This document shows positions 30,279-42,499 of a stretch of 64,000 bases of DNA, piece after piece. Both the position numbers and the translations under genes were made by a program. The notes below the pieces were generated by a model. It was not told the origin of the DNA and ran no database searches. It saw only the letters and a program-made list of their open reading frames with translations. Position 1 is the stretch's first letter; every line of letters begins with the position of its first letter. Origin of the DNA: the human T2T-CHM13v2.0 reference genome, Homo sapiens; assembly GCF_009914755.1 (NCBI RefSeq), contig NC_060926.1; one strand, given 5' to 3'.

Positions 30279-30380
30279 TTTTTTTTTTTCTCATGAAAGT
30301 AAGGAGATTTATTGCAAAGCAAAAAGTACACACTCAAGAAAAGGAAGTGTAGACATACTCAAGAGAGAGTTGTGCTCAAC
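30279..30380 (-). mobile_element. Short polyadenylated ERV1-class LTR 3'-end fragment inserted in the L1M
   Basis: Minus strand reads ...cttgagtgtgtactttttgctttgcAATAAAtctccttactttcatgag followed by A11. The tgtactt...gcaataaa motif is typical of MER4-group LTR R regions. Confidence 0.55.
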
Positions 30381-30647
30381 TATGTTTTTTTTTTTAAGTC
30401 CTCCTCAGATTTCCTAAGTCTTTGGTTAATTTTCTAAGCTCTGAAAAAGCTTGACAATTTTTGCCAGTGTTTTTATTGCCTTGGTGGTGGGATGAATTTT
30501 CAGATTATTCCTTCACCATTCTGTAAGGGGCTACCGTATATTTTGTGCTGGAATTTGGAAGTATGGTAGGTCTTACTGGGCTCTTCGTAGGTTTGCCAGT
30601 GGTGTTCTGCTGTTGTTTGTTACTTGAGATTTTTTTAGCTTGGTTGG

Positions 30648-31390
30648 TGTCATGAGAGGTGTAAGGTTAGAGATAACCAGGTCTATGCATGTTTGTGTCT
30701 TTTTACAATGTCAGACTTTTACTGATGTTAGTTTAATCACAAAAGCCACAAGCTACATATAGTTCCCAAGGAGGAAATTTTTCTTAGTACTTTTTATTCA
30801 CTTGGTAGTCAAAGCTGTGGGCACACAGGTCAAGCCACTCCACGAGTAAATCAATATTGTGAACCATACATAGTATTACACTTAATCAATATAAAAATGT
30901 TGTAGATTAAACATTCCACAACAAACAAAGTAAGAATTAACATCAAGAGAAAAAGAGATAGGAGAAAGGATTAACAAACTAGTCCATGGAAAGTGAAGAC
31001 AAAAGGAGTCCTGGTCTGGGCCAGGGCTGTCCTTAGGTCTTGCAAGGAATATTCCAGAGTCTTTGATGTGGCAGAGCCTTTGGCAGCAGAAGCTGAAGAG
31101 TTCTTATCACAAGTGACTGTAAGATGGTGTCAGTTAAGAAGGTCATTTTGAGCTGTTGAAAGGCTTGCTCTTTTATGGTTATGGAGTCTTCTGGTGAGAA
31201 CTGATCGTTGCAGAATGTACTTGTTTGTGACCTTATCTGGTTAGATGTCTTTATTTATTCTATTTGTTTTTATTTATTCTATTTGTTTATTAAGCAAAAT
31301 ATCTTATCCTTGTTGGGAAAGTCCCCTATGAAATATAAAATGAGGTATTTCTCTAAGATGGAGTTAGTTATGTCAAGAATGCTTTATACA
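30648..31390 (-). mobile_element. Solo ERV LTR, 743 bp, family not confidently assigned
   Basis: TG...CA termini. Perfect 5-bp TSD gttgg at 30643-30647 and 31391-31395. The minus-strand start tgtataaagcattcttgacataactaactccatcttag is typical of an LTR U3. Internal 19-bp tandem duplication at 31251-31288. Confidence 0.8.
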
Positions 31391-32278
31391 GTTGGTGGAA
31401 TGTATTTTTTAGCTATTCTGATTAAGGATCAGCCTTAGGCAGGTACTTCTCTCTGGGTATCAGTGGATATAATGTTTGCTATTTGCCTGCTCTGCTTCCA
31501 TATACAGTTTTAGATTAAGCACTTACTCCTGTCTCTGTGTCCCTGTTGTCTTCTCCCAGCTTCAAAAAGTGTTCACCAATACCTTCCAGCAATTCCTTTA
31601 ACCCATCCCTATTCATGCATGGATTAAGCACATTTGTACTTTGCACTCATCCCTTTACAAATTTTATGTATAGCAAATGCTTTGTACGTGCCCTGAAAAA
31701 AGGGGAGAGTGATAAAGAGGAAGCATTCCTTGCTGCCTTTTCCACCATAGGTTAAAGTTTTAGTTCACAAGAGATACAGGAAAGACAGATTCAGGTAGTT
31801 TCCTGCCCCTCCTGCACAGCTGCTATTATCCTCCTGTAGTTGTGCTCCATGATGAACACTTCTTAGGGTTTTTCCAGTATTTTCTGTGAGTGTGAAGTGA
31901 GATTTGTGCATGGAGAAACAGCCTGCAAGAATGTGTAGAAAGTGGGAGAAAATTCATTTCCACACTCTCAAGTATTTTTATACTGTTTTGCCAGTGAACA
32001 CTTGGCCTTCAACAAATTATCAACTTTTCTAGCTGATCTCTTCTTACCAGTGTCTGGTTGCACTGAACCCAAATGTGTACATGTTGTGCAACTTTCTTTT
32101 TCCATTTAAAAATACATATATTAGTATAAAGAGGCATTAATTTCCTTTCTAACTACCTAGTATTCCCTTTGTATACATACTACAGTTTATTTCAATCAGT
32201 TTCAAGTAATGGCTATTTGGATTGTTTTCAGTCTTTTACAAACAGGGCTGAAGTTAACAGCTTATTCACAATATAATA

Positions 32279-32290
32279 TAGATGATAGAT

Positions 32291-32328
<38 letters not shown>

Positions 32329-32335
32329 CGTAGAT
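32279..32335 (+). repeat. (GATA)n tetranucleotide STR with a core of 9 perfect units at 32291-32326
   Basis: Read directly. A shorter opposite-strand (TATC)n tract lies at ~32565-32598. Confidence 0.95.
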
Positions 32336-33707
32336 CAATATTTTCCAGTGTAAACTTTAGATAGATTCTAGAAGAGAATATATCTTGTTATATATATTTG
32401 ACTTTGGAAAGGAGTAGTTTATTTATCTTTAAAACAAACTGAAATTAATCACAAGGAAAAAATGCATTTCCTAAAATTTAAATACCAACTGGAAATATAT
32501 AGACCTAACTTTGTATAAAAGTTACCACACACATGCACATGTCTGTATCTATATTTCTGTCTATGTATCTATTATCTATCCATCTATCTATCTATCTATT
32601 TAGCTATCCACATAGCTATATGCAAATATTCATTGACTATCTCTTTAACAATGAAAATATATTCATATGAGAAATAGCCAGAAATATAAACTAAATGAGT
32701 CATAGAGGAACACTTTTTTTTAAGTGATTGATACATGTTACTGGCTTTAATAATTAAAACTTTCTGATACTCAGATTCAAAATGAATTTTATAAGAGACA
32801 AAAATAATTTCAGAAATAGGGATCCAGGAAATCATCCAAATGCAGACTGCGATAATGTTAAAGTTTTAAAATAAGTGGTAAATATTAGATTATACAGTAA
32901 GTGCTGTTACTTGAGCTGTTTACCATTAGCAGAAATGATTGCTGCATACCCTGCAAAAATCTAATTTCAATAGATAAAACGTATAGATGAGACATAAACA
33001 TTGAGAACTAATTGTTTGTTATTACCATTATAGGTATTTTTTAGGTTATATTTTTTATTTCCTAACTTTTCAGTGAAAACTTAAGTTACTATCGAAAGGA
33101 TTCTTTTAAAAACCTAACAGTAATAACCTTCATAAATATAAAATAGGAATAATGGAAAAACTCAGTAATGATTCTATAGAAGCTATACTTTAGAAATACC
33201 AGGTTGTCTCTGTGGAGTAGGATAAACTGAATTTAGTGAGATAATTAATGTGAAAGCATTTTAAATATAGAGCCTTATATAAATGTTGGTTATTAGTTTA
33301 CTAGCATATTAATGGGTTAGTTAGAAAAAGTGCAGAAGCAGCTAGTTTAGATCAGAGGAACACTAGAGCAATCCAGCTAAATACAAACCAAGTATAAAAT
33401 TAAAAAAAAATTTAATAGCATTGTAAAGTAGCAGGGTAATTTGTTTATTTTATTTGGGCAGGATGGATAAAAGCCATCAGAAATGACATCAAGTGATCTC
33501 TCCAGTGTTGTATTTCTGTCCCTATGTTTTCTTGCTTTACACACCACATCCCCATGGTCACGCACTTCCAGTGTGATCAAGGTCTAGTATGCCTGGGTTG
33601 TGCCTGGATATTCAGATGACCTAGGCAGGAGCAATATAAATAATTACTCGATAGATCTTGGAGTTTGTGCCATTAATCTAGACTCACAGAAACTTAGATC
33701 ATCATTG

Positions 33708-33708
<1 letters not shown>

Positions 33709-33747
<39 letters not shown>
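33709..33747 (+). repeat. (CAT)13 trinucleotide STR
   Basis: 13 perfect CAT units, read directly. Confidence 0.95.
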
Positions 33748-33749
33748 AG

Positions 33750-33930
33750 ATCCTAACTCATTTCTTTCTTGAAACAACTTTTTCATCTGGACCAATATTA
33801 TCCCCATTACAGAAGAAATAGAAATAAGATGCACAAGAATTACTTAAGTTATTCAAAATAACATTGCTACTATGTGAAAAGTTTAGGCAGACTGACTCTA
33901 AAGTCAGGTGCTTTATGACTGAGCTCTTCT
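33750..33930 (-). mobile_element. MIR fragment
   Basis: attatccccattacagaagaaata...aagaattacttaagttattcaaaataacattgct...ggcagactgactctaaagtc. Confidence 0.55.
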
Positions 33931-35437
33931 TCTTGAGAAGATTAATGCAATTGCCTTACTAGAACTACTTTTTTTTCTGACAGTTCCAAAACTAGTTGAT
34001 CCAACACCCAGTACCCTCCAAATTCCATTTTACTTAGACTTATTTCCCTACCTCCTGCTTCTTTCTTACTTTCTCTCCCTCTGTAATCAGACTTTGCATT
34101 GCATGTTCTTGAATGTGGAATACTAATGTTTGACATTTTTGTTGAATATATGAAAAACAATTTTTCATTTTTATTCCTTTCTCATTCAAAAGGCTAACAA
34201 AGGAAAACATTACTGTACCATATTTAGAATAAAAAATCAAGATTAGTTGGGTCAAGCCTATCATGATTCAAAATTAACTACTGAAATATCTAATGCCAAA
34301 ATCTATATTGTACTGGTAAAGATCATCTCAGTCCAAACCAATGCTTGGTACAATAAAAGCCACCATCTCATCTGTCCATTACATAGCATGTCTTAGAGCA
34401 AAAGGCAATATACAGACTATTGGCATTACTGGCATGAAACTTCGTAGGTGTGATAGCCAGTCACCGACAATATATATTTCTGCTTCAGGGCAAGATGAAA
34501 AAATGATTGTATCAAGGTGTAGAAAAAATAGTTTTTTTTAAATATGTCAATAAATAAGTGAACAGAAATTTACAGCATAAGGCATTTTATCAATATAATA
34601 GCCAGGTCTTTTTCAATGCTAATAGCATTCAATTTGAAATAGATTGGCAAGCAGGTAGGAAGAAACACGAAAAGTGGAAGAAAAATCAGTAAAATGAAGT
34701 ATGTAATACTATTTTTTAACCACTAATAAAAACTTGCCTAAATTTTAAGAGCCTATTAAAGTCTTGAAGTCATTATTTATGATTTTAATTTAATACCTTG
34801 TATAATTAAATTTAAATTAATAATTTAATAAGAAAATATTTTATTAATATATTTACAATTATCTTTGAAACTGAACACTGTAAATTATCTTGTACACCAT
34901 TTGCAGAGTGCACTCAAATCTTCTCTATGAATTTTAACATACAAAGTAGAGATATGTGCTTTTACAATGGAGGGCAAAGGGGGTCTAAACTGAGACATGG
35001 AAAAACTAAATTTGGAAAATCAAAACCAAACCAAAATAAAACTGTACTATAAGCACTTTAAATTTAAAGTACAGTTTTAATGGATTTATAATGCATACTT
35101 ATGATTAACTTAAATATGTTGAAGCTCAAGCATTTCATAATGGGGTGTTTGCCAATGCATAAGTAGATTTATGTCAAGAAAATAACCAATGTAATCTTTA
35201 AAGACAATTTTATAATTTGCTCACTGGAATTTTTGTAATGATAAAAATAAGAATACTTGAGTTTTATAATCAAAACCAATCTCCCAAATTTAAATGTAGA
35301 TGCACATATTTTATGTGAATATTAATGCTCTTTTAAGAGAAGTCTCTATTTTACATCTTTAAAATTACCCTCATAATCCCTTCTATTTAGTTTTCTTTAG
35401 AACACAGTAATAAATTCATTCAGAAAGAGCTGAAATC

Positions 35438-35732
35438 GACAGGGTGCGGTGGCTCATGCCTGTAATCCCAGGACTTTAGGAGGATGAGGCAGGCGGATCA
35501 CGAGGTCAGGAGTTCGAGACCAGCCTGGCCAACATGGTGAAACCCCATCTCTACTAAAAATACAAAATTTAGCTGAGCGTGGTGGCAGTCACCTGTAATC
35601 CTAGCTACTTGGGAGTCTGAGGCACGAGAATCACTTGAACCCAGAAGGCAGAGGTTGCAGTGAGCTGAGATTGCACCATTCATTGCACGTCAGCCTGGGC
35701 AACAAGAGCGAAATTCCATCTAAAAAAAAAAA
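35438..35732 (+). mobile_element. AluS (Sg-like), full length
   Basis: ggatcacgaggtcaggagttcgagacc diagnostic. Perfect 14-bp TSD aaagagctgaaatc at 35424-35437 and 35733-35746. Confidence 0.96.
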
Positions 35733-36363
35733 AAAGAGCTGAAATCATGGTAAACAAGGTAATATAACAAATAGACTCTGTTAAACTACAATTTATTTTC
35801 TCTACCAACAAAAGTAATTTTCCCATACACTAAATCATAAAGTCAGAAAAAGTATATATAGAAATTACTAATTTCTGACATTCATAGGAAGAGTAAATGA
35901 CTTTCCATGGGTCAGCACCTGCTCTAATAATCTCTCCTCATAATTAGTTTATGCCTGTCAGATTGAGAAGAAGAGCCTGCATTCTTACTGACATTGAAAA
36001 ATAGGGTTAATTATCTAATTTCTTAATTGCAAAATTAACATCTTACTTGACTAATATAACTCATTTCAAAGTTAGGTAATTCACTTGAAGACAAAAAAAT
36101 TATCCATGGAAAAGCTCAGAGGAAACAATGATATATAGTATTTTGTTTCTATTTGCACTTCAGTTTTTAAAAAATGACTCTTAAGGAAACCTTGTCTCCA
36201 AGGAATTTATCTATACGCATACCCAAAGAGGTTTTGGAAGAGAACTGTGTCATTGGTTTTAGGGAGAAAAAAAAAATCCCAGCACTTTTTGACAATAATT
36301 TCTCTACTTTTCTCAGTGAATTATTTTCATAAGGCTTTCTCTTATTTATTTTTTATTCACCAC

Positions 36364-36717
36364 TGTTATTGTTTGACTGTGTCCCCACCCAAATCTCATC
36401 TTGAATTGTAGTTCCCATAATCCCCATGTGTTGTGGAAGGGACCCGGTAAGAGGTAATCGAATCATGATGGTGTTTCCCCCATGCTGTTCTGGTGATAGT
36501 GAGTTCTCATGAGATCTGATGGTTTTATAAGGAGCTTTCCCCTTTGCTTGGCTCTCATTTATCTCTGCTTCTCTGTGAAGAGGAGCATTCTGCCATAATG
36601 GTAAGTTTCCTGAGGCCTCCCCAGCCACACAGAACTGTGAGTCAATTAAACATCTTTTCTTTATAAATTACCAGTCTTGGGTATTTTTTCATAGCAGAAT
36701 GATAACAGACTAATACC
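36364..36717 (+). mobile_element. THE1 (C/D-like) solo LTR
   Basis: tgttattgtttgactgtgtccccacccaaatctcatcttgaattgtagttcccataatcccc ... gtgagtcaattaaacatcttttctttataaattacc ... gactaatac. Confidence 0.92.
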
Positions 36718-37469
36718 CCAGCAACAACTATAGCAGCGTATAACTTAAAAATAGTCAGTAAAGTATGCTCACAAGAGTAGTCATTCCATGTGCTACTTAT
36801 CTAGATAAGCTTAGGCCTTTGATTCCTCATTTCTAGCCCCATGCTGCCCTCACTACTCCTAGGCAGTTCATTAAGGTGCTTTTCCAGCTTTATCTGCAGG
36901 ACATTTCTAATGAGCATGTTCCTCTGCTGAATCACCATCCTAACCCTAGTCCAAATCACCATCATCTCTTGCCTAAGATTACTACAGTGATTTTCTTTCT
37001 TACTATTCCAACTTCATACACTCTTTTACCTCTTCTGCAACGCGTTCTTTATGCTGCAACCAAAGTTATCCTTTTGAAATACAAATCTGATGCCATCCCT
37101 CTTTTCTCCATATGCTGCCCTTAAACAGTTTACTACCATAGCAACTACACTTGTCAAAAGATCAGTTCCCATTCCTTGCTTATTTACCTCTTAATCCAAG
37201 CCTCAAAAATGCATGCTGGATTGGTAGAACTAATTTACAGGAATGCACTAGTGTTGTAAGAAAAATCTAAGGATATTGGGTTCTATTTGGGAAAGACTGA
37301 CTCATTTTGATGAAAATGTTGTGAATAAAAAGCAATTATTCAAAAATGGCCTTAAATAATGTGTCCCTTTTTACTATACAAATGAATACAAATACTTTTA
37401 AAAAGTCATAAAGGTAGATCCTACAGCCTTTGTTTCTTCAAGTGGTCCTAAGGCTATTATTGGGTTTTT

Positions 37470-37835
37470 TACTCTTTTCTTCTACTACCTACTATAGGTT
37501 TTCTTCTCATTCAATGAAATTGTTTCACTGGGATTCTTTACCTAGTGGGTATAGTCAAACCTTCAGTTTTCCAAGATCTAATCCTTAATGATACTGTTTT
37601 ACTATAGTCTCCCCGACACTTTGGCTCCTAGATACAATAATGCACCCTAGAGTTGTACTAGGACTCATCCATAGTTCTGTTATTTACTCTTAATAGTGCA
37701 AATAAAACACCTCAGGTAGTATAGTAATTTCTTTGGTTGCCTGTTCTGTCAGTGGTATGAGAGATTAAAGTGACAAGGGGCAGCCTCAGCTTCCAATTTA
37801 ATGGAATCAGTGGGACTCCTGGTGGAATCAGGGTC
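37470..37835 (-). mobile_element. ERV-L internal fragment with dUTPase remnant
   Basis: Minus-strand translation of ~37772-37828 gives IPPGVPLIPLNWKLRLPL. The recalled HERV-L dUTPase reads LPPG...IPLNWKLRLPPG. Confidence 0.75.
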
Positions 37836-37949
37836 TGCCACTCTTTGTTTGTTTCGTTTACATTAATATTGCTTTAGTTGATCTTTCTCTGAGTTTCCCG
37901 ATTCTATCGATTCTCAATTCTTTAATAAAACTAAATGTTCCAAATAATA

Positions 37950-38190
37950 TTAATATTTAATATTGATTTAACACTATACATGTGCCACTTTTCTAAGCAT
38001 CAAACATTAACTCATTTCAGTCTCCAAATGATTCTATGAGAGGTATTGTTACAACTCTCTAATTTTACAATAAGCAAATGGAGGCATGCAAAGGTTCTTA
38101 CTTGCCATAAATTAACAAATCCCAGTGTTAGTTCTGAGACTGGAATCCATGCTAGCTGGTTCCAAAGTCAAGAATCCTAATGTCATGCTT
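37950..38190 (-). mobile_element. MIR SINE
   Basis: attaactcatttcagtctcc...attttacaataagcaaatggaggca...gactggaatccatgctagctggttccaaagtc. Confidence 0.75.
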
Positions 38191-38264
38191 TGAGTTTAAT
38201 CATAAAAATACCTCTGATGCAGACTTTTCACTGGTGCACCATTTCCTCCTGGATAATGTCCAAA

Positions 38265-38964
38265 TGTGTCCAGAATTGGTTCCTTCCAGTGTGTTCTTGG
38301 TCTCGTTAACTTCAAGAATGAAGCCGCAGTCCCTCGCAGTGAGTGTTACAGTTCTTAAAGATGGTGTGTCTGGAGTTTGCTCCTTCAGATGTTCAGATGT
38401 GTCCTGAGTTTGTTCCTTCCGGTGGGTTCGTGGTGTTGCTAACTTCAGGAGTGAAGCTGCAGACCTTCACAGTGAGTGTTACAGCTCTTAAAGGTGGTGC
38501 ATCCGGAGTTGTTTGTTCCTCCAGGTGGGTTCGTGGTCTTGCTGACTTCAGGAGTGAAGCCGCAGACCTTCCCAGTGAGTGTTACAGCTCATAAAGGTAG
38601 AGGGGACCCAAAGAGTGAGCAGCAGCAAGATTTGTTGTGAAGAGTGAAATAACAAAGCTTTAGCTAGACACAGAGCACTGACTGGTGCATTTTTACAGAG
38701 TGCTGATTGGTACATTTACAAACCTTTAGCTAGACACAGAGTGCTGATTGGCGCGTTTTTACAGAGTGCTGATTGGTGCGTTTACAAACCTTTAGCTAGA
38801 CACAGAGTGCTGATTGGTGCATTTTTACAGAGTGCTGATTGGTGCGTTTACAAACCTTTAGCTAGATACAGAGTGCTGATTGGTGTGTTTACAAACCTTT
38901 GGCTAGACAGAAAAGTTCTCCAAGTCCCCACCCAACTCAGAAGCCCAGCTGGCTTCACCTCTCA
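38265..38964 (-). mobile_element. LTR12 (ERV9) solo LTR with CCAAT repeat array
   Basis: Characteristic gtgagtgttacag and gctgattgg repeats. Ends ...gaagcccagctggcttcacctctca. 4-bp TSD caaa at 38261-38264 and 38965-38968. Confidence 0.95.
38660..38910 (-). promoter_or_regulatory. LTR12 U3 enhancer repeats with six intact CCAAT (NF-Y type) boxes, 66-bp period
   Basis: ATTGG at 38706, 38747, 38772, 38813, 38838 and 38879, spaced 41/25 alternately. NF-Y binding to ERV9 LTR repeats is established. Activity of this copy is untested. Confidence 0.6.
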
Positions 38965-41196
38965 CAAATACCTTCACATCACTTACAAAGATGCTTCTCC
39001 AGTCACATATTTCTACATCCCCCACACATTTCACTTACAGACCTACTAAATTATTTTTATTTTCACAAAGTTTCCAAGAGTCTTGGTGGATTCTGAGTCT
39101 TTACATAGCTGATTCTCTCTTCCAAGGTCTAATTTCTTTATATCTTAGCTCAAATGGCTTACTTGAGGAGATCATCAACCTCAGACATACCAGGGTAAAC
39201 TATGGGTTATTAAAGCATCTCAAGCATCTTATCTTGTAGCACCCACCAAGTTCTACCGTAATTGTATCTGTTTTTCTTCATATGCCGTAATGTTTGTGGA
39301 CGTAGGCATCTCATCTCTCTCATTTTATTATTACAGTTTAATAGAGGCCTTGGCACATAGTAAGTATATAATCTGCAGCTATTAATTAAATAGCTTAATG
39401 AATAAATCAATGAAGAAATAAGAGGATGTGTCCACTGAATATCATAGGCTGTATCTAGTGTTAAGCCATAGGAAAAATTTACTAAATTTATTTACTATCA
39501 AATTCACAACAAAGGGCTTAGAAAAAAATAAAAGAGAATTACAAGCCTCTTCATTTGTTTATTGTAGTTCTCTCAGCTTTGTAGAAATATGCTGATTTTC
39601 AAAGAGCAAAATAGGTATTAATAATGTCTTATGTAGCTCACTATTTTAAAAATTTTAGGAAGAAAAAATAAGGATTTTTATTATATTTTTGTAGAGGTAT
39701 ATAGTGGTAGCATTTATGAATGTGACTTAATTATTTACAGCTGTATATATACTAGAGGTTGTAAAATAAGCCAAACTCAAAGGCGCTATGTTTAATGAAA
39801 AATGCTAGTTTTAAATCTTACTAATTTACTTTTGATATTTTATGAGCCTCATATGCATGTAGAACTGGGCTAGGCGTCACGATGGATAAAAAGTATAAAT
39901 CACAATCTCTATATTTTTCCTATTTGCCTGGAAAGCTGTGATAAAAAGAAACAGAATACAGAGTCACATTGAATCTCAACAAATGAAGGTGATAGAAGAT
40001 AAATGCAGGTAAATTTAAGAGAACTGAAAGAAAGACCTGCAACTAACGGGAAAGCCTTTACAAGGAGATGAATTTGGGTGGAACTGGAGAGTGATAAAGA
40101 TGTATATAGTTACTGAGGAAGTAGTAAGATAAATTAAGTATGGAAAATAAGTAGCTTATCAATGCTTCTAAATATTCTGTAGAGAATGGACCATTTTAGA
40201 CCAGAAACAAATACATGGACACATGTCATAGATTTGAGAGGAAAACAGTTCACCTTGCATAGCGATGGACCATGCAACATCCTTTAAAAGTCTTATGATT
40301 TTCTCACCACAAAGATGACTGAGGCAGCCTCCAATTAACTGGACAAATCAGATTATTCCATCTTGTGTCATATTTGTTATGATTAATTAGATGCAGCCAC
40401 AAAGTCATTTGAAAGAATTGGCTAAAATAAAATTCTTACTTTACTAACAGATCATGGCTATTTCTGACATTTTTTTTTATCACAGATAAGCATAAAAGGG
40501 CTTCCATCTTGGTAATGCCATTGCATTACATGGGATAATTGAGCGTTGTTTCCAAAAACAAGTAAATTTCACAGGACAACATTTAGCCTATGTCAATTTT
40601 TATGTGCATGAGAATTAATTAATTCACTCATTTGACATTTCTAACTCAGAAAAATTCAGAGCAGCTGTGGGCTAGAATCACCACTTTGTGTTGTTCTTTT
40701 TCTGGTCAACTTTAGCCCTTTTCTTCTCATGTACATATAAAATGGAATAATGATAAATTATCTGGAGGTGCTTAGTGAGAAGAATCAATTTTTGTATCCT
40801 TTGCAAACATTGACCAGCTAAATCCATATATCCTCTCTCTTCCTCAGACGCCTCAGAAAATATTTAACTTAAATGATACAAATGAAATTAATTGAGATAT
40901 CTGCTTCAGTAAAACTATCTACCCTTTAGTGAATAATATGTTTCTTAGGACTCTTTAATAAGTAAAGTTTAAGTTACATATAATTGTAGAGACAGAAAGA
41001 AAATATATTTTTATTTGTTCTATTACTTTAAGCCTTTCCAGGCACATTTTTGTTTTTTGTGGAAAACAATACTTTTTTTATACTTTACCAGCATTCTTTA
41101 TAATATTTTCTAGAAGGAATAGTTTTAAATTAGATTCTTTGTCAGCTTTAATATGAGTTTCAAAAAATCATTTGATTAGAATCAAAACTATTAGAA

Positions 41197-41657
41197 TAAG
41201 GGAGGAGACCACCCCTCATATTGTCTTATGCCCAATTTCTGCCTCCAAAGAAAGAAGAAGTAAAAACTAAAAGGCAGAAATGAAATCCACAGGCAGACAG
41301 CCCAATGCCATGCCCTGGGCCTGGTTAAAGTTTGACCCCTGACCTAACCGGTTATGTTATCTATAGATACCAGACATTGTATGGAAAAGCACTGTGAAAA
41401 TCCGTGTCCTGTTCTGTTCTGTTCTGATTACCGGTGCATGCAGTCCCAAGTCACATACCCCCTGCTTGCTCAATCGATCACAACCCTCTCACGCGGACCC
41501 TCTTAGAGTTGTAAGCCCTTAAAAGGGACAGGAATTGCTCACTTGGAGAGCTCGGTTTTTAGAGACGTGAGTCCACCGATGCTCCCAGCTGAATAAAGCC
41601 CTTTCCTTCCACAACTTGGTGTCTGAGGGGTTCTTGTCTGTGGCTCATCCTGCTACA
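41197..41657 (+). mobile_element. LTR2 (HERV-E/Harlequin) solo LTR
   Basis: Starts taagggaggagaccacccctcatattgtcttatgccc and ends ...tcctgctaca. AATAAA near 41592. 4-bp TSD agaa at 41193-41196 and 41658-41661. Confidence 0.95.
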
Positions 41658-42499
41658 AGAAGAACTAAAATACAAAAGTTTATATTGTTATATAGCAACT
41701 CATCACAATCTTGCTTGCTGCTCTAAATGTATATACCCAAATGAAAATAAATTAAGTCAGTCAGCTAGCTTACTTTTCTCCCAGGAAGATTCCCACAGCT
41801 GGGTTTCTAATGCAAAATACAAATTAGAATATTTAAACACAGTGAATTTCAATTAAATATGGAGAAATAAACTTATGTCTCAACTTCCAATCACTGCATT
41901 TACTTTTTGTAAAGCAAGGTAAGGGAAAGTAATTCACATAAGCAAGAAGCAGTGATGGTGAGCTATAATAGACAAGAGCTTTCAGCATATTTATGAGAAA
42001 GAGCAAGCAGACGAGAAAGAATGGCCCAGACTGGAGGAAGTTCCAGCCTAAAATTGGTTAGGGAATGCAGCTGAGATGGAAGCCCCTCCATAATCAATGA
42101 GGAAACCAAAAACTAAACAAATAGTCAAGTTTAGTGAGAGGCAAAAAACAAGTTAAAGAGATGGACAGGACAACTCAATATTATCATAAACCTTTTTTTA
42201 TATTTAGAAGTTTAAAGATCAAATTCTCTTCATCATCACAAATTTGATCACCTTTGGAATTTGAGAATATAAGAATGATGCAGAGCCAACAATGAAAATC
42301 TTAATTTAAAAGAATAGTGGCTAATTTACATTGGCTACTCTTAAACCACTTTGAAACCACAATCATTGCAATAGTTTGATACAATCTCAGAAATGGTCGG
42401 ATCAATTATTGGAACAGAATATGAAGCAAGAATCAGTCTTCAGCATGCAAAGTGCTATAGTGAACACTAAAGATATTTCATTTCATTGGCAAGTTCAAT

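Larger units (their letters stand above)
36860..39415 (+). mobile_element. L2 3' region in pieces (~36860-37120, 38200-38264, 38965-39415)
   Basis: L2 motifs accctagtccaaatcaccatcatctcttgcct..., ttttgaaatacaaatctgatg..., and the 3' terminus ggcacatagtaag...tgaataaatcaatgaa. Confidence 0.7.

Noticed and set aside
34790-34865. AT-only palindromic stretches
   Set aside because: Expected by chance in sequence that is almost entirely A and T.
38660-38910. Regularly spaced repeats resembling a CRISPR array
   Set aside because: The intervening segments are themselves repeated rather than unique spacers. These are the LTR12 U3 tandem repeats in a primate genome.
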